64,000 bases of DNA from contig NOWV01000014.1 in assembly GCA_003344405.1 (NCBI GenBank), forward strand, positions 186,001 through 250,000. The letters run 5' to 3'. The position numbers and the translations under genes were made by a program. Under the pieces are notes generated by a model. The model saw only the letters and a list, made by a program, of their open reading frames with translations. It did no database searches and was not told the origin of the DNA. This document shows positions 40,512-53,967 of the stretch, one piece after another; position 1 is the stretch's first letter; every line of letters begins with the position of its first letter. Source of the stretch: Trichoplax sp. H2. Taxonomy: Eukaryota.

Positions 40512-43500
40512 TTAAACAATCAAGACCGATGCTTCTGCAAGCTGTAGTTCAAAGCGCTTTATTGCGGGGTATACTTCGACATTTAGAAATTCATCAACCT
40601 ACAAGATAGAATATTACCAAATTAATTACACTGTTATTCAAATGTTTTTATCGCCTGATAAAAGATATTCCTCAGTTTTAACCTGCTCAGGCGCTCTACC
40701 AATGAACAATTCTGGATTAAGTAAATCATTAAGTGTAGAGTGGATAGGTATAAAATAATCACTTGATTGAATTCTTTCTACCAAATCATTGCTACCCCCT
40801 TCCATTTTAACAACATGGCCAGCTTGGTGTGATAATACTCGTAATTTCTCGTGACATTCCTAACAATAATGTAGGTTATTGCAAATCCAGATAAATACTA
40901 ATTTTTACAAAGTAGCAGCTAAATATACATGACATCATCAAGTAATTTGTTATATTTCTAACAACGCAACAAACCTGTCGATTAGCTCCAGCTTTGACCA
41001 TCGCCATGATAATATTTTCCGTAGCCATAAAAGGCAATTCTTGTATAATCTGCTTATTGATAACCTGTAGTATTTTATATTTATTAGCAGTAAAAACTAA
41101 AAAATAATTAATTCGATTCTTAAGATGAAAATACCTTGGGATAAACTACTAAGCCTTCAAATACATTTTGCATCGTCCGTAGTACACCATCAGCTGTAAG
41201 AAATGCTTCAGTGAGAGTTATACGTCTGTTAGCACTGTCATCGAGAGTTCTTTCGAGCCATTGTACAGCAGCAGTTTGTTGAGCATTTGATACTAAGGTC
41301 ATTAAATGCCTAGCTAATGCACACGCACGCTCACAACGCATCGGATTACGTTTATATGGCATAGCACTTGAACCTGATACCAAATGTTATAACGAAATAC
41401 AAATAATGTTAACAAGCATTGAATTCTATTTAAAACGAAAAAATTAATAAACAACATTACCAATTTGACTTGTTTCAAATGGTTCTTCTAATTGCTTCAT
41501 ATTGGCCAGTAATCGAACATCGGTCGCAATCTATGCCATCAAATTATAATTTATGCATTACTTATTTAATTTTGGAAATAAATTAATTATTAAATGATGA
41601 AGCTACTACGGTAAATGGAATACCTTATGCATGGAAGCTCCTAAACTACTGACGGCATTTAAAATATCTAAGTCTACCTTCCGACTATAAGTCTGTCCAG
41701 TCACGATATAAGCCCTCCAAAGTGAGTAGAATAATTCAATAAAGTTAACATCTATATCAATTTTGAAAGAATCTGCTTTCGGATTACCCTATACTAGTTT
41801 CTTACAATAGCTTATTTAATAATCCTTACTCACGATTGAAATCCTGCCATTTCAGTTACAAGTCTGTCTAATTTTTTAACCTACTCATATCAAATTTATA
41901 TAAAAATACTTCTATAATATAGACTATTTAAGTACTCGCAAATCTAAGAAATGGCAATTAGTCTTCATGTTGTCATAATTTACCTTTTCATGATCGTTGT
42001 TGAATAAAGCTAAGAAGCTAGCTTGAGTGCCAGTCGTACCTTTCACTCCACGAAATCTTAAATCATTTCTTGTTCGAGTTAAATTGCGTAAATCCATAAG
42101 GAGATCGAAAATCCATAACGTTGCACGTTTTCCAAGTGTGGTCAGTTGAGCCGGTCTATTAAGCAGAATAATTTATCATTTGTTAAGAACTGAGCTATTA
42201 GCTTTCAAAATATTTAGCAATCATTATTATTTTTCAATCAACTCTCCATACAAGCAATATGTGTATGGCTAAATATGCACATAATATGTAGTAATAGAGG
42301 CATACGTAAAAATGCACAATCTTTAATTGGTTACTTTATCGTATGTGATCATTACTCTTACTGTAAGTGGGTAAATCCAAGCACAGGTAAATCTTTATAT
42401 TCTTTTGCAAACTTTGCTAGACGGTCGATACATCTTGCAAGCTGATATTACCGAAAAACGTTGAGATTAATATCTTTACTGCAACGACTGGATTTCAAAC
42501 TTTTAAAATGAATTAGAGTCTGCAAAAATTTATGGTATCTACGTATTATTACCTTGGGTAGGATAATATCCAGCGCATTACGTACAATAATTAGGTCCTA
42601 TCAGAATGAACAAAAAATTGATTATAGCAAACCATCAAAATGAAAATCTAAGTTATCCATACTTGTAGACTAGACATTAATAATTGTTCTATAAGCTTAT
42701 AAATTGAAACTTAGACAAACTATCATTGATTGCATACACGACATATAGATTTATACTGTATAATATATCCATTCTATGTGCATCAAAGTCTATCAAAATT
42801 ATTTCAGAACTAGATGCAAGTAATGATGTTTTAGTTATAAACGATTAATAATTAATTGGCTATAATCATTGGGTCGAATAGGGTAGATAGTACGATATTA
42901 TATACTTTACTCCCTATATAACTGAATCACGGAATCGTTTGTAAAAACTGCTGAGCATATCCAATAAAATATACAATAATACTACAGAAGTGGCAATACT
43001 AACAATTACTTCGCTGTATGACAGTTACGGAAAAAAATTTTCAATGATTACTTTGAGATATTCAATTCGATGTATGTGCTTATAATAAGAATAGATTGCT
43101 TGGAATGTACATCGTTGTTAGAATTAAACTCCAAGCTATTTACATTCAGCTACAGTATTCGCGTTTAAAAAATAGGATCAGTTATACCTTCAATTCAATC
43201 GATTATAGAGACTTTGAACAACATGTAATACAAGTGTATGTAAAATCTAGTGCACAAGACTGAAGCTTGGTCTAACTTGCTAGAAAATACATCCATCCGC
43301 TAAAGCTGATGAGCTACAGTACTTCTGTTAACCTACCGCATTATCTGTCACATAACATGATGTTGCTCCAAGGTGAATGATACCAGCAGCTTTAGGGCAA
43401 CATGCAGCAAATGTGTGAACATGAGCCATTACATCATGCCTATATTTATTCTCTTCCTTCTGAGCTAATTCAAAATCAATATGATTGATATTTTCTTCCA

Positions 43501-44399
43501 TCTGCTGTAATTGTTCATCAGTGATATCTAAACCCAATTGCTAAGATAAGAAATAATAACAAATACGCATCGATTACAATAATTTTATTTATCATCAATA
43601 AGAAAACTCATCCTGTAGATATCGTATGTTGGAGATAGAGCAACTTTAATTTCTACTTGAATAATGTTGTTAAATTAGATGAATCATTCTACGCAATACA
43701 GGAAATATACTCGTATGAATACTTTTCTCATTGAAATGATCATCGTATCGAGCTATAGCTGATGACGATGCTTTTATAGATTTATAGTCTATAATCTAGG
43801 TTAAGATGGTAACGTTTTGCTATCGATTAATAATAATAATTGTGTACAGCAAAGCTGTTTGTTCATCGGGAGAGTAGCGTAGTACTATTCGCTTGCTCAT
43901 GTACATTGTACAGTACTGTAGAGTGGAAACTATATTATAAGATTATTATTTTGGTTGATATGCCGTCAATAGAATAGTAGAAGAGTGCATCCAATAGGAA
44001 GAATATGCCACCTATAGTCTAGTAATCGATGGAATTCAATGTTGAACATCATGTACAACGATGGACTCTTTCTCCAAAAAACATTTCCAGCATCAAGACC
44101 TCGCAGATTTGCATGATAGCCTATCGGTCTTCATTTCGGCATCGTTTACAGAGCTCTTGCTATCAAGAAATCAAGATAGACTGTACTGTATACTAGACCT
44201 CGACAATCATACTGTACACCATTTCCTACTACTGTATTGCTAATGGTAGTCTGAGTCCTACACGAACCTGTTGTGCACGAGCTAAAAACCACCACAACTT
44301 GCGCCATTGTGAAAATTTATTTTGATCTGAAAAATTTTGCGACATTTCCTCGCTGCTGTAGCGAGTACTTAAAGGTGTTGCATATCTTGCGTGATCCAT
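40512..44399 (-). CDS. ADSL: Adenylosuccinate lyase, multi-exon
   Basis: [69 protein letters not shown]; fumarate-lyase signature [29 protein letters not shown]. Ends [28 protein letters not shown] (TAA 40512-40514). Confidence 0.98.
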
Positions 44400-44926
44400 T
44401 TGCTCGATACCTTGCCACTGCTGCTCTTCTATCGCCAACGCAATAAGCTGATGAGCTAGTTCTGCCTCTTCGGTAGTGTAGGAGTGCAAAGGTGTGAAAT
44501 TGACAACACCAGTATCCAGTACTGGAGCACACTAGAAGATATCCTACTGCGAACAGTGCGGTGTTTGCAAATCAACTAGCTAAGCGTTGTAGCCATGATT
44601 GACTGCGGGACAGCGGGACTACGGGACGGGACTGCCTGATTAACGTCTATGATGGATTACGCTTCGGAGATGAGAGGCATAAGACAAGATGCTTTTACGT
44701 TTTGATGACTCAGTGTATCTCTATAAACTACTGGTAGAAGAAGGCCTATCTTCTATGAGTACTTCATAGAGGTTAAAAAAAGAGAAATTTCGCATGCTCC
44801 AAGCTTTCTCTTTTCTAACTCAATCCCAACGTTACTACAGTTACTGTAGTGGGCAGATGACTGCATGGCAAGACGCAACCCGCAAGTACAGTATAACAGT
44901 TGCAGAACAGCAGTACTCTGTAATAA

Positions 44927-45022
44927 ACCTTTTCGATTTTAACTTGATGTTCACAATGATATGGTGAAACATCTTCAAGCATACTGTATCATTGCCAAAC
45001 ATCAAGTTGAAATCGGCAAGGT
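44927..45022 (+). other. Long imperfect hairpin (~38-bp arms, ~17-nt loop)
   Basis: accttttcgattttaacttgatgttcacaatgatatggt pairs with actgtatcattgccaaacatcaagttgaaatcggcaaggt. Most non-Watson-Crick positions are G-U on the + strand. Confidence 0.75.
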
Positions 45023-45900
45023 CTATAGTACATTCATGAACTACTAAAATACATCTAGTCGTAGTCCCTAGTTCAGTATACAGTAAGCATCCCAGCGCGG
45101 TTGACTAGGATTTGACTTGCTGTCGTTACTATAGCGCGTAATGACACAAATGATGCGTTTCACGGTAAACTTTAAGGCAAGTTCTTTACGCCCGGCACGG
45201 ACGGATTACTGCATGCAATAAACTACTTTTTGCGTATCCCTACATCACGGACTTTTAAATCAAGAGAATGCTAGTATTTGTTCTATCTATTTACTGTACT
45301 ATGGTGGTCAATTCATGTTCCATGGACCACTAGAAGAAGCATTCTTCTACAGTAGTCCATTTTCTTCCAGTGGTCCGTCACTAGCCCCACTAGGGCCGAG
45401 AAGTTGTTTACTGTACAGCAGCCAGCTGCCCACTACGTCACCATGTTTACCACGTGATTGATCCCATTAGCCAATACGAGCCGTCTTCGACTGTTCCATT
45501 GTTCATTCTCAGGCTTCCCAAAATAGCTTCAAGCAGTTACGTCACGACGTGGAGCTACACAAAATCCATTTTGCTTTGCTTGTACTGTAGTTCATGAGTG
45601 CGCAATACCATACAGATTGTATGATACTGTGTACTGTATAGTACAGTAGTGATACAGTAGTACTATACTATGCCTACAGTATTGCACCACCGCTATTGTA
45701 CTGTACACTGTAGGGCAGATTCTAAAAATGAACAAACATGGTTGACGTCCTTCAGGGTTAACAATCAGATAATTACCATGACAATCCCTGGGCGTAGGCA
45801 TCTCCTCTCCCATTTAACTGGCATCTAAACCATTCGGCGTTTTAGTTTCTAATAATTAGTCTACCATTCGCTTGTTACCAATCAACTTGTCCAGAGCGGC

Positions 45901-48900
45901 ATGGCAACCCAATGTTCAGGTAAATCAATACGTACGTAATATACGAAGATGGATTAAGGGCTGACGCCCAATATCCAAAATAATCCAACGAAAACCAGCG
46001 TTTTCTTTTGCAATGGCATGTCCATTTTGGGCTGTAGTAAAAATATTCTCACAGGATGAAGTAGATTTTCAATGAAAACAAACTCTTTCCAGCCGATGTT
46101 ACTTAATCTATTCAACTAGTTATGAAATGGATCGAAATAATTGATCAAATTTGTGGGTAATGGCTTCTGTACTGGTATAGGTCCTAGACGTATGGACAAT
46201 ATACAAACATACCAGACCATCAACGGTCTTGACGACGCACTTACTGTTGTACCTGATGGACGTTCTACAGTACATCACGGCCATAATAGTTATTCCTCAT
46301 GCTAACTAATTACATAGAATCAATCGAGTAATATAAACACCGAAAGTAGTCATGGTAGAATAAATCGTTTTGAAAAAACAAGACTTTCTAGACAGGACTA
46401 CATTTTGCTAATAATGAATATATGTACAAGGGATAAACCCTTCTTGACAGGACTACATTTTGGTAATAATTCATGTATGTATAAGGAATAAACCCTTCTT
46501 GACAATCGTCAAATGGAATGTTGTATTGGCCAAAGCTGTTGTTAAGAGACTTGCATAAATTATAGTAACAAGCGATTAGACTCCATTTTAATAAGATGGA
46601 CTGTTTGCCTAATAAGAAGCACCTATACGTATTATACTCAAATAGCATGTTTACTAATGATAATGATTGTTCTCTTAAATCAAGATGACGACTCGGTTAT
46701 TATTTCATCCGATTCGTGTGACCACGGTATTCAAGTTTTGCCATTATGGCAGAGAACTTTTCAATTACATGAGAGTAATCGTCGACAAAGAATTCAAGAA
46801 GATCTAGCCTTGTTACAAACATTTGAAGTCCAACGTCAAGAAAGGTTTGTATAGATACGATTCGATTCACGTATCCTCATCCAGCCATACATATTGACTT
46901 GCATACACCGTGTATACTATACTATACACCAGCCAGAAATGCTATGGCTCTTCACAGAATTAAATGTTTAGATAATTTATGTGTTAGCTTTCATTAGAAA
47001 TATTGATTTCCTTTAATTATTGTTACAATTATAATGAAAGCATAGCGTATTAACGTTTCATTGCTTGTTTAAACTATAGAGAGAAGCAGTCTTACATTCT
47101 TCAGAATCAAATTGATAAAGAATTAAGGTACGGCTATTGTCTCTAATCTTTCTCATCTTCTTTCCTTCATCTGAAAGCTCTGTAGTGTGCAGTATACTAG
47201 TCCAAGACATCAATTATACGATCTCTTTATAAAATGCTTTAGCAGTTCTTTCCTTATCATCCTAGAACCACGTATTTTCTAATCACCTAACTGTTACTTT
47301 ATAATTTTTTTCGCCTTGGACTACCGATAAATTAAAAATATGTCAGATTTCAAAATGCAATCATCGACTCCTCCACACCTACTACACCTACAAAGACGTC
47401 AGCAATATCAAAAGTCCATACTGATATCCAACCTGATGTAAAACTAAGTTACATAGGTTAGTACAAATCAATTATTGACATGGCAGATTTCTCTCATGAA
47501 GTAAATCTGCAGGGCATAGAAACACTGGATCTATTCTATTAAATAAAAAGACTACATTGATTGTAAGTAATATTATCCCATGCTCTTTACATCCTTTAGA
47601 AGAAGTTGAGTTAGAACCAAGCTATGAGAAGTGCAAGGCCAGCTTACCATATGGTGATAATAATCATGTCAATGAGAATAGTCCTCCTAGCTGTAAGTTG
47701 GTATATCACTCAAAATATTACTTTTGTTTTACTTGTAGACTATTCTTCTATTTCTTATCACCTTCACTTAATACTTTGCAAAGATAAAACTAAAATCTTA
47801 AATCAATGTTACTTAGAATACATTTATTACTAAAAAACCATAAGGTCAACTAAATGTCAAAATTTATATTTAACTGATCAGATGAAAATGTCGAGAAACA
47901 CGGTGCTGCTATCGTCGTTACTAGTATTGTGGAGTATGTTAGAACAGAAGATGCTCATGTAAGTAAATATTACTTTTTCTAGATGCTTTTTGCATGCCTT
48001 ATTGCTGACTTATCCAATGTCATAACGTCCCAGCTAGAGTTCATTTTAGTAATTAGGCGATATAAATCACAAAAACTTGCACATATGTTTTATCATTTAA
48101 TTACAAAAATATCCTTTTATTGATATCGAAAATTTTGATTTCGCCCTAGTCCTTCGTCTTCTTAAATTTACTCCATTTCTTATAGAAAAAAGTAATTCTA
48201 TTAAGCTTATATGGGATTACCGGGTGTACATTATTCAATAAACTAATTATATATTATTGCTTAGTTATCATCTTAATTGCTTAGCTTCATTATTGAGAGA
48301 CGCAATGAATAATTAGAAAGAATCGTAAACTTTCAAGATAGTCTACGTAAAAATTAAGGAAATGATTTGCATCCGATTAAAATACAATAACCTTTATGGT
48401 AAATTTCATTCAAGCGTAATGCATCTACATGAAATAAACGCTGTAACATATTATTCAACCGCAGGGAATATTACCAAGCAATTTGCCTATCTGTGATTTA
48501 AGTGATAAAGAAAGCGTCAGGTTTGAACTATAGCCAACTTTTAATCGCTAAGTTATCAAAATTAAGAAATGCTATCACAGATTCACTGTCTATTAAGTAT
48601 GTACACATACTTTCACAAGATCGTACAGTAAATTCGAATCCTTTTTTAAATTAATCTATTTTAGGTGTTCCTCATGTTGTAAAATGATTACAATTTTTAA
48701 CGGTACAAGATACACTGGATATGCTTGTAAAGATGATGACGGGAAAAAATATCATATGGAATGCTATTGGAAATTAATCTGTTAGTTTTAGATTATGTCT
48801 CTATCGTTATATTAAATATTTGTTGCTGCAATAATGTAATCATATAATCAATTTCTAATAACTCTACCTAAAAATTATCTCATTATAATTATGACTTATG

Positions 48901-49928
48901 ATATTTAGCACCAAAATGCAAGCATTGTCACCTGGAACTAGTTCGTCAGCATGATAAGGTAACCAATTACAACCCGCAATCAAGTTAAAATTAGTGTAGC
49001 GAAAAATAGTTAATGTAAGGGATTACATTACGATTACCCTCTACTGTAATAGAAATGATATTGGCAACATCAACAGTGATCATTATTTACATACTGACCT
49101 AATACTAGCGATTGTGATACAGATTTTATATTACATATTAGCGTAATATATATCTATATGTCTATCATATTACTTCTTGAAGTAACTTCTTCTTTTTTGT
49201 AATGACTCTTGTAAATTTCAGAAATTTAGTGGAATACTAGCAAAATTTAACAACGCCTGGTATCATGTAGAATGCTACGAAGATTACAGCGGTCCTAGGT
49301 AAACAACTACCAGATATACGAGTAGAATAAATTTGCTTACGATTATTTCTATCTAAAAGTTCAGGCACCACTGTAGTTCAATTTATAAAACACCATAATA
49401 GACGCACATACGAGTACTGCTCATGTATCATAAGATCATACATACTTGTAAATATTTATCAACATAGATGATATTGATTAGCTAAGACTATCGTAATCTC
49501 ATCAAAATTGAGCTATTTCTTAATACATAACAATTGTAGTATGTTAATTGCAATTGAGAGTCGAATCGTGATTAATATTTTACGATTTTTGTTTGATTTA
49601 ATGAGAAACGAAAATAACTTTTTAGTAACAAAGTTAAAATATCATATCTAACCTCTGAAGCTAATAGAAATGATTTTGTTTTATCTATAAAATCGATATC
49701 AGATGTCCAGTATGCTATGACGTTATTCAAGGTTCTCTAAACCAAGCTGAGGGAATACGATGCATCAAAGATAAAAATCAAGTAATGATTATTTTCATAG
49801 AAAGAATAACTATTTAACGTAATCGTAGATGAAATTGTAATACTTATTATTGTATTTCATTACAGGTTTATCATTTTAATTGCTATACCAAAAAAGGGAA
49901 ACGAAATTCTGTTCAATTACCCATTTGA
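45901..49928 (+). CDS. Uncharacterised multi-exon protein with N-terminal coiled-coil/low-complexity region and three C-terminal CxxC...HxxC (half-LIM-like) zinc fingers
   Basis: About 11 phase-consistent GT-AG exons (starts ~45901, 46685, 47080, 47347, 47600, 47882, 48466, 48665, 48910, 49222, 49703, 49866). C-terminus: CSSC-x25-HMECYWKLISPK-CKHC-x24-HVECYEDYSGPR-CPVC-x24-HFNCYTKKGKRNSVQLPI* (TGA 49926-49928). Confidence 0.8.
46391..46504. repeat. Intronic tandem repeat, 2 x 55 bp
   Basis: gacaggactacattttg...ataaacccttctt at 46391 and 46446. Confidence 0.85.
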
Positions 49929-52034
49929 TCTCCTATAAAGCAAGATATGTACATAACATCATATTTAGATTTAGCGCATATAAATTGGAGATTGCGTTGA
50001 TAAATTCAGATTCATAACATCGAAAAAATTATGCCATACCTTTTCCGGTATATCTATTATTTTGTGTAGATATCTACCTTATTTGTAATTTGCTTGTTCA
50101 ATATAATATTTACTCGATTTGTTTTACGGGTTTACAAGTAAATACGGTTTAAAGAAATTAATATTAAGAATATCTATTTCTTATTGTAAGGTTTCTATAG
50201 GACTTTTTAGTTTCGGTGCGCTTACGCCTGTGAATATATTTAAAATTCTGTATAGTGAACATTTTAAGATGGTTCTAATAATAGTTATTGATTTCGAATA
50301 CAATTCTTATGGCCGCTCATAAAGGCTTCAATCTCTTGAGTAGTTTTGTATGTATAGTTTGAAAACTCAATGAGGTTTTGTTATTAAAATAGTAACTACA
50401 TCCTGCTATAAAAAGATTACACATTTTTCACAAAGAAGATTCAACATTTCGATTTATTATATAATTACGTTGCGATTATAGCTTGGTGCTAGTATTACCT
50501 ATAGTCGCTAATGCCTATGTTTTATTAAAATCATATACTTATCTATAAATATTCTTGACAATGCTGCTAACATATTAGCCCTAAGTTTTCGTTTCCAGAG
50601 TAGATATGTCAATAAAACCACTTACGGCTAAGTAACAATGTTTATTATTCTTGAGTATAAGTATCACTTTGAGGACATGATTATCAACATAATAATAACA
50701 TATAAAGAAATCACACTGACGTAAGCAACCTACGATCCAGTCATCCAGTTTATAAGTACTTAAAAACTGAATAAGAAAGTTTAAATAATGGTTATTGGCT
50801 GCTAATTTACCTCTAAGGTTTTGTGGTTAATAAATAATAGCGATTTTCTTCATTCTTGCATGATTAATATTATGCGCTAATATGATACAAGGTTAGCTTG
50901 AAATTATCGCCATGGAAGTACAATATAGCCCACAGACAATGGGATATTTAAAATATATTTTCAGGTTATACTTTAAACCCCAGATTTATTAAGAGATCAT
51001 ATCTAGTTGATTGCTGCTACAATATCAATTTTATAAAGTATAGTCGATAAACTCTCTACAGAGTAGCTATGATATTAAATACATGACCTAACAAGCCCAT
51101 TGATAATAATTCAGTTGTATTATAATTAGCAGAATCATATAAAATTACCATCTCAGTAGAAATTATTACGCTAACAGGAACAGCTATAGTAAGCCAGTTG
51201 TAAGTATACTGCCTTTTTAGTAGTGATTAAAAATTAAAGTAGTTAAAGGGCTATTTCGAAACTGGAAACTTTAACTCAAATTATCAAGATGTCGACTGAA
51301 CATAGGAGTGCAACATGCTGTACTGTACTCCCTATCTTAACTTATTAAAAAATTCATAAGGCAATCTGCGATGTCTGTAATCTAATATCTCCAACTATAC
51401 AAATCCTCTTGTTATTTGCGGATATATACATTGCACAGTATACTGTATATTTATGCTATTCTTGATGATACTGCCTTCAATATATAATCAACGTTTTTCA
51501 ATATGCATCCACTTTAATAGATCGGCTATACATCAGGCCTAATTTATCATATTATCATTATTTATCCGTAAAGTTCAGAGAAATATCAAACATATTAAAA
51601 AGATTTATATCGCAAAAGTATATTCCATTGCCCTATTACAGTTATCAACTAATCTATTCGCAGTTTTTCAACATTGTATGCAATTAATATTAATCAGATC
51701 AAACAATATTCTTACATGTTTCTGTGTTACTTATTACCATTTGTATCTTATAGATTAGACATACTGTATAATGATTTGACTTTTAAGATACGATACAAGG
51801 CACTCTAGTAAAGTTTTACACCAAAGTTCTACTGTATTTACCGTTAAGTCTTACATATTATGCTACGTCTATTTTACATTGGAGTAGGTATAGCCATATA
51901 GGCTCTTTACTCCAATACGAGCATACTGTAATTCACATATATAAGTATTACTACTTTACCTTCCATCTATAAGATATGACATAGTCTCATTGCTATGTCT
52001 TGCAAGTCTGTAATCCATTAAGTCAACAACTTAG

Positions 52035-52499
52035 TCAATTGTATAAATCATAAGAATCTGATACAATTTCTATCTGAACAGGATATGCCGTTATGACAGT
52101 ATCCAACGGAACTAGATAATTTATTTGATGATTAATTTCGTAGTTGGACTTATACGAGCATAACTTCTTCTTTTTCGTCTTTAACTTCTTGCAACTGAAT
52201 GTTGTTAGCGTAATTATACTAGCAATTGCTAGCATCCCACCTCCAGTTTGTAGAAAGGTAAGATGATACGCAAAATGTGGTGATTGGTTATATTTTACAT
52301 TATAGAACGGTAAAATAATAAGCCCAGCAGTAAGAAACATAATACCAACAACGCCTATAACTACGGCAAAGCTGTTAAGAAAAAATCGACAATAGCTGTA
52401 GTGATTATTGCCTGTGATTATTTGATCTCCGACATTACCAAAAAGAACTTCCGGAATAAATTCAGATTCGCTTGTTAGATAGGCTTGCTCCCTTTCCAT
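52035..52499 (-). CDS. Small two-pass membrane protein (~154 aa), single coding exon
   Basis: Uninterrupted ORF from ATG (MEREQAYL...). Two hydrophobic helices (FFLNSFAVVIGVVGIMFLTAGLIILPFY; LTFLQTGGGMLAIASIITLTTFSC) are followed by a polybasic stretch KKLKTKKKKLC. Confidence 0.65.
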   Translation of the reverse strand: MEREQAYLTSESEFIPEVLFGNVGDQIITGNNHYSYCRFFLNSFAVVIGVVGIMFLTAGLIILPFYNVKYNQSPHFAYHLTFLQTGGGMLAIASIITLTTFSCKKLKTKKKKLCSYKSNYEINHQINYLVPLDTVITAYPVQIEIVSDSYDLYN

Positions 52500-53967
52500 G
52501 TCGAGATAAAAAATATGAATTATTGTTTTTCGTGAATCCTTAAATAACAAATTAATCTAACGATAATTAAAATTTCTACATCATATCGTGAGATAGAATA
52601 TTCGTGAATAATAACGATGTTTAGCGCTTTACGAGTATTAAAACAGATCGATTCGTTGCCTTTAGGATCATTTTAGAATTTTTGTTATGGATAAAGGATA
52701 CAAGCCGAAAATACTAACTGCCATTACGTTGATCGTGCTATAATAACATTTCGTATATGACTGCTAGAATCTTCTTTAGATAGCAGGGTTTAATATAGCA
52801 TGCTACAATTATCAGTATAAACAAGTTTTTTTGTTGGGAGACATCTGGTGTAGTACTTTCAGACGATCTTATAGCTATTACAAGTATCGCAATGGTTTAC
52901 TCGTCAGACCGAAAATAATATAAATTCTGCGGCATGATCGGCCAATGAAAGTGCATGAATTTATATATGATCTAAAGCCCAACAAGAAAAAATAAACTTT
53001 CATTAACAGAATCCTTACCACACGTGGATTAAGTAATCGAAAGTCTACAATAACACATACGTGCAGTCAAGAAATGATGAATTGATGTTAAGAATACCAG
53101 CAAGGCCCCTCGTAAGCTGTAAATAGTATCATCCTAGCTACTTATGTTCAATTCTATTGAAAAGGTATGGCTGGTCTTGAACAAAGATTTATTATATGAT
53201 AACAAATCTTGACTAGAATGGACATTTTCGAATGTAATCTTGTTACCCTACGAGTATTATACTTAAATTTTAAAGACTATGAAGGCGGTCACTTAAAAAT
53301 ATTCCGCACGCAACCAATTCATAAAGCAAGATTAAAATCTGATCTTGCAACATGCTAATGCATATGCTGACAAAGTCAGCTTTTAATAGTACCGTAAGGA
53401 TAACTACATGTAGTTTTTGAAGGGTAATCCGGTAAAGTAAATCGACTGCCAAGCTAATCACTGTAATTTTTGCGTATATAGTACTGCATATTATTATATG
53501 AATTTTCTATTACTCCTTTAATTGTAATCTGGAATGAAAAGAATACTGCAATGGAAGGGTAAAATTTGCTCTTTCAAATTGAATACTTATTGTTTACTCT
53601 TTTTTTCAATCTATCGATCAATTCTCAGTTATCAATTTTACCAATTTTATGCAATGAAACTATTAGAGGACTGTGTCTATGAGCTATTTATAGGATGTAT
53701 TGATCGTGTTTTTTATTTGATGATATAGGGATAATCCATTGCACTATATAATTAGTACGGTAGATTCTTAAAGACATTTGAAAGCAATTTGATCATCTAC
53801 TTTAATAGTTTTTGACTGCTGTGGCTGTTGATAGTGGGTGTTTTTCCTGATAGGGAGAAATCAGTATCAAGGCTGTTTGTGGTATAATAATCATAATTTA
53901 AGTTGATTTCATTCTTGTCACTACTCCGTATATTAACATGTTAGCGCATCCAATAATATCGAAATTG

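Noticed and set aside
1..49928. U12-type (AT-AC) or GC-AG introns
   Set aside because: Junctions checked by eye resolved to GT-AG with consistent phase. Only a rare GAG acceptor in ADSL (~41715) was noted. Not every junction was checked.
52650..52680. tttaggatcattt resembling U3 snoRNA box A
   Set aside because: No downstream C', B, C or D boxes at the expected spacing.
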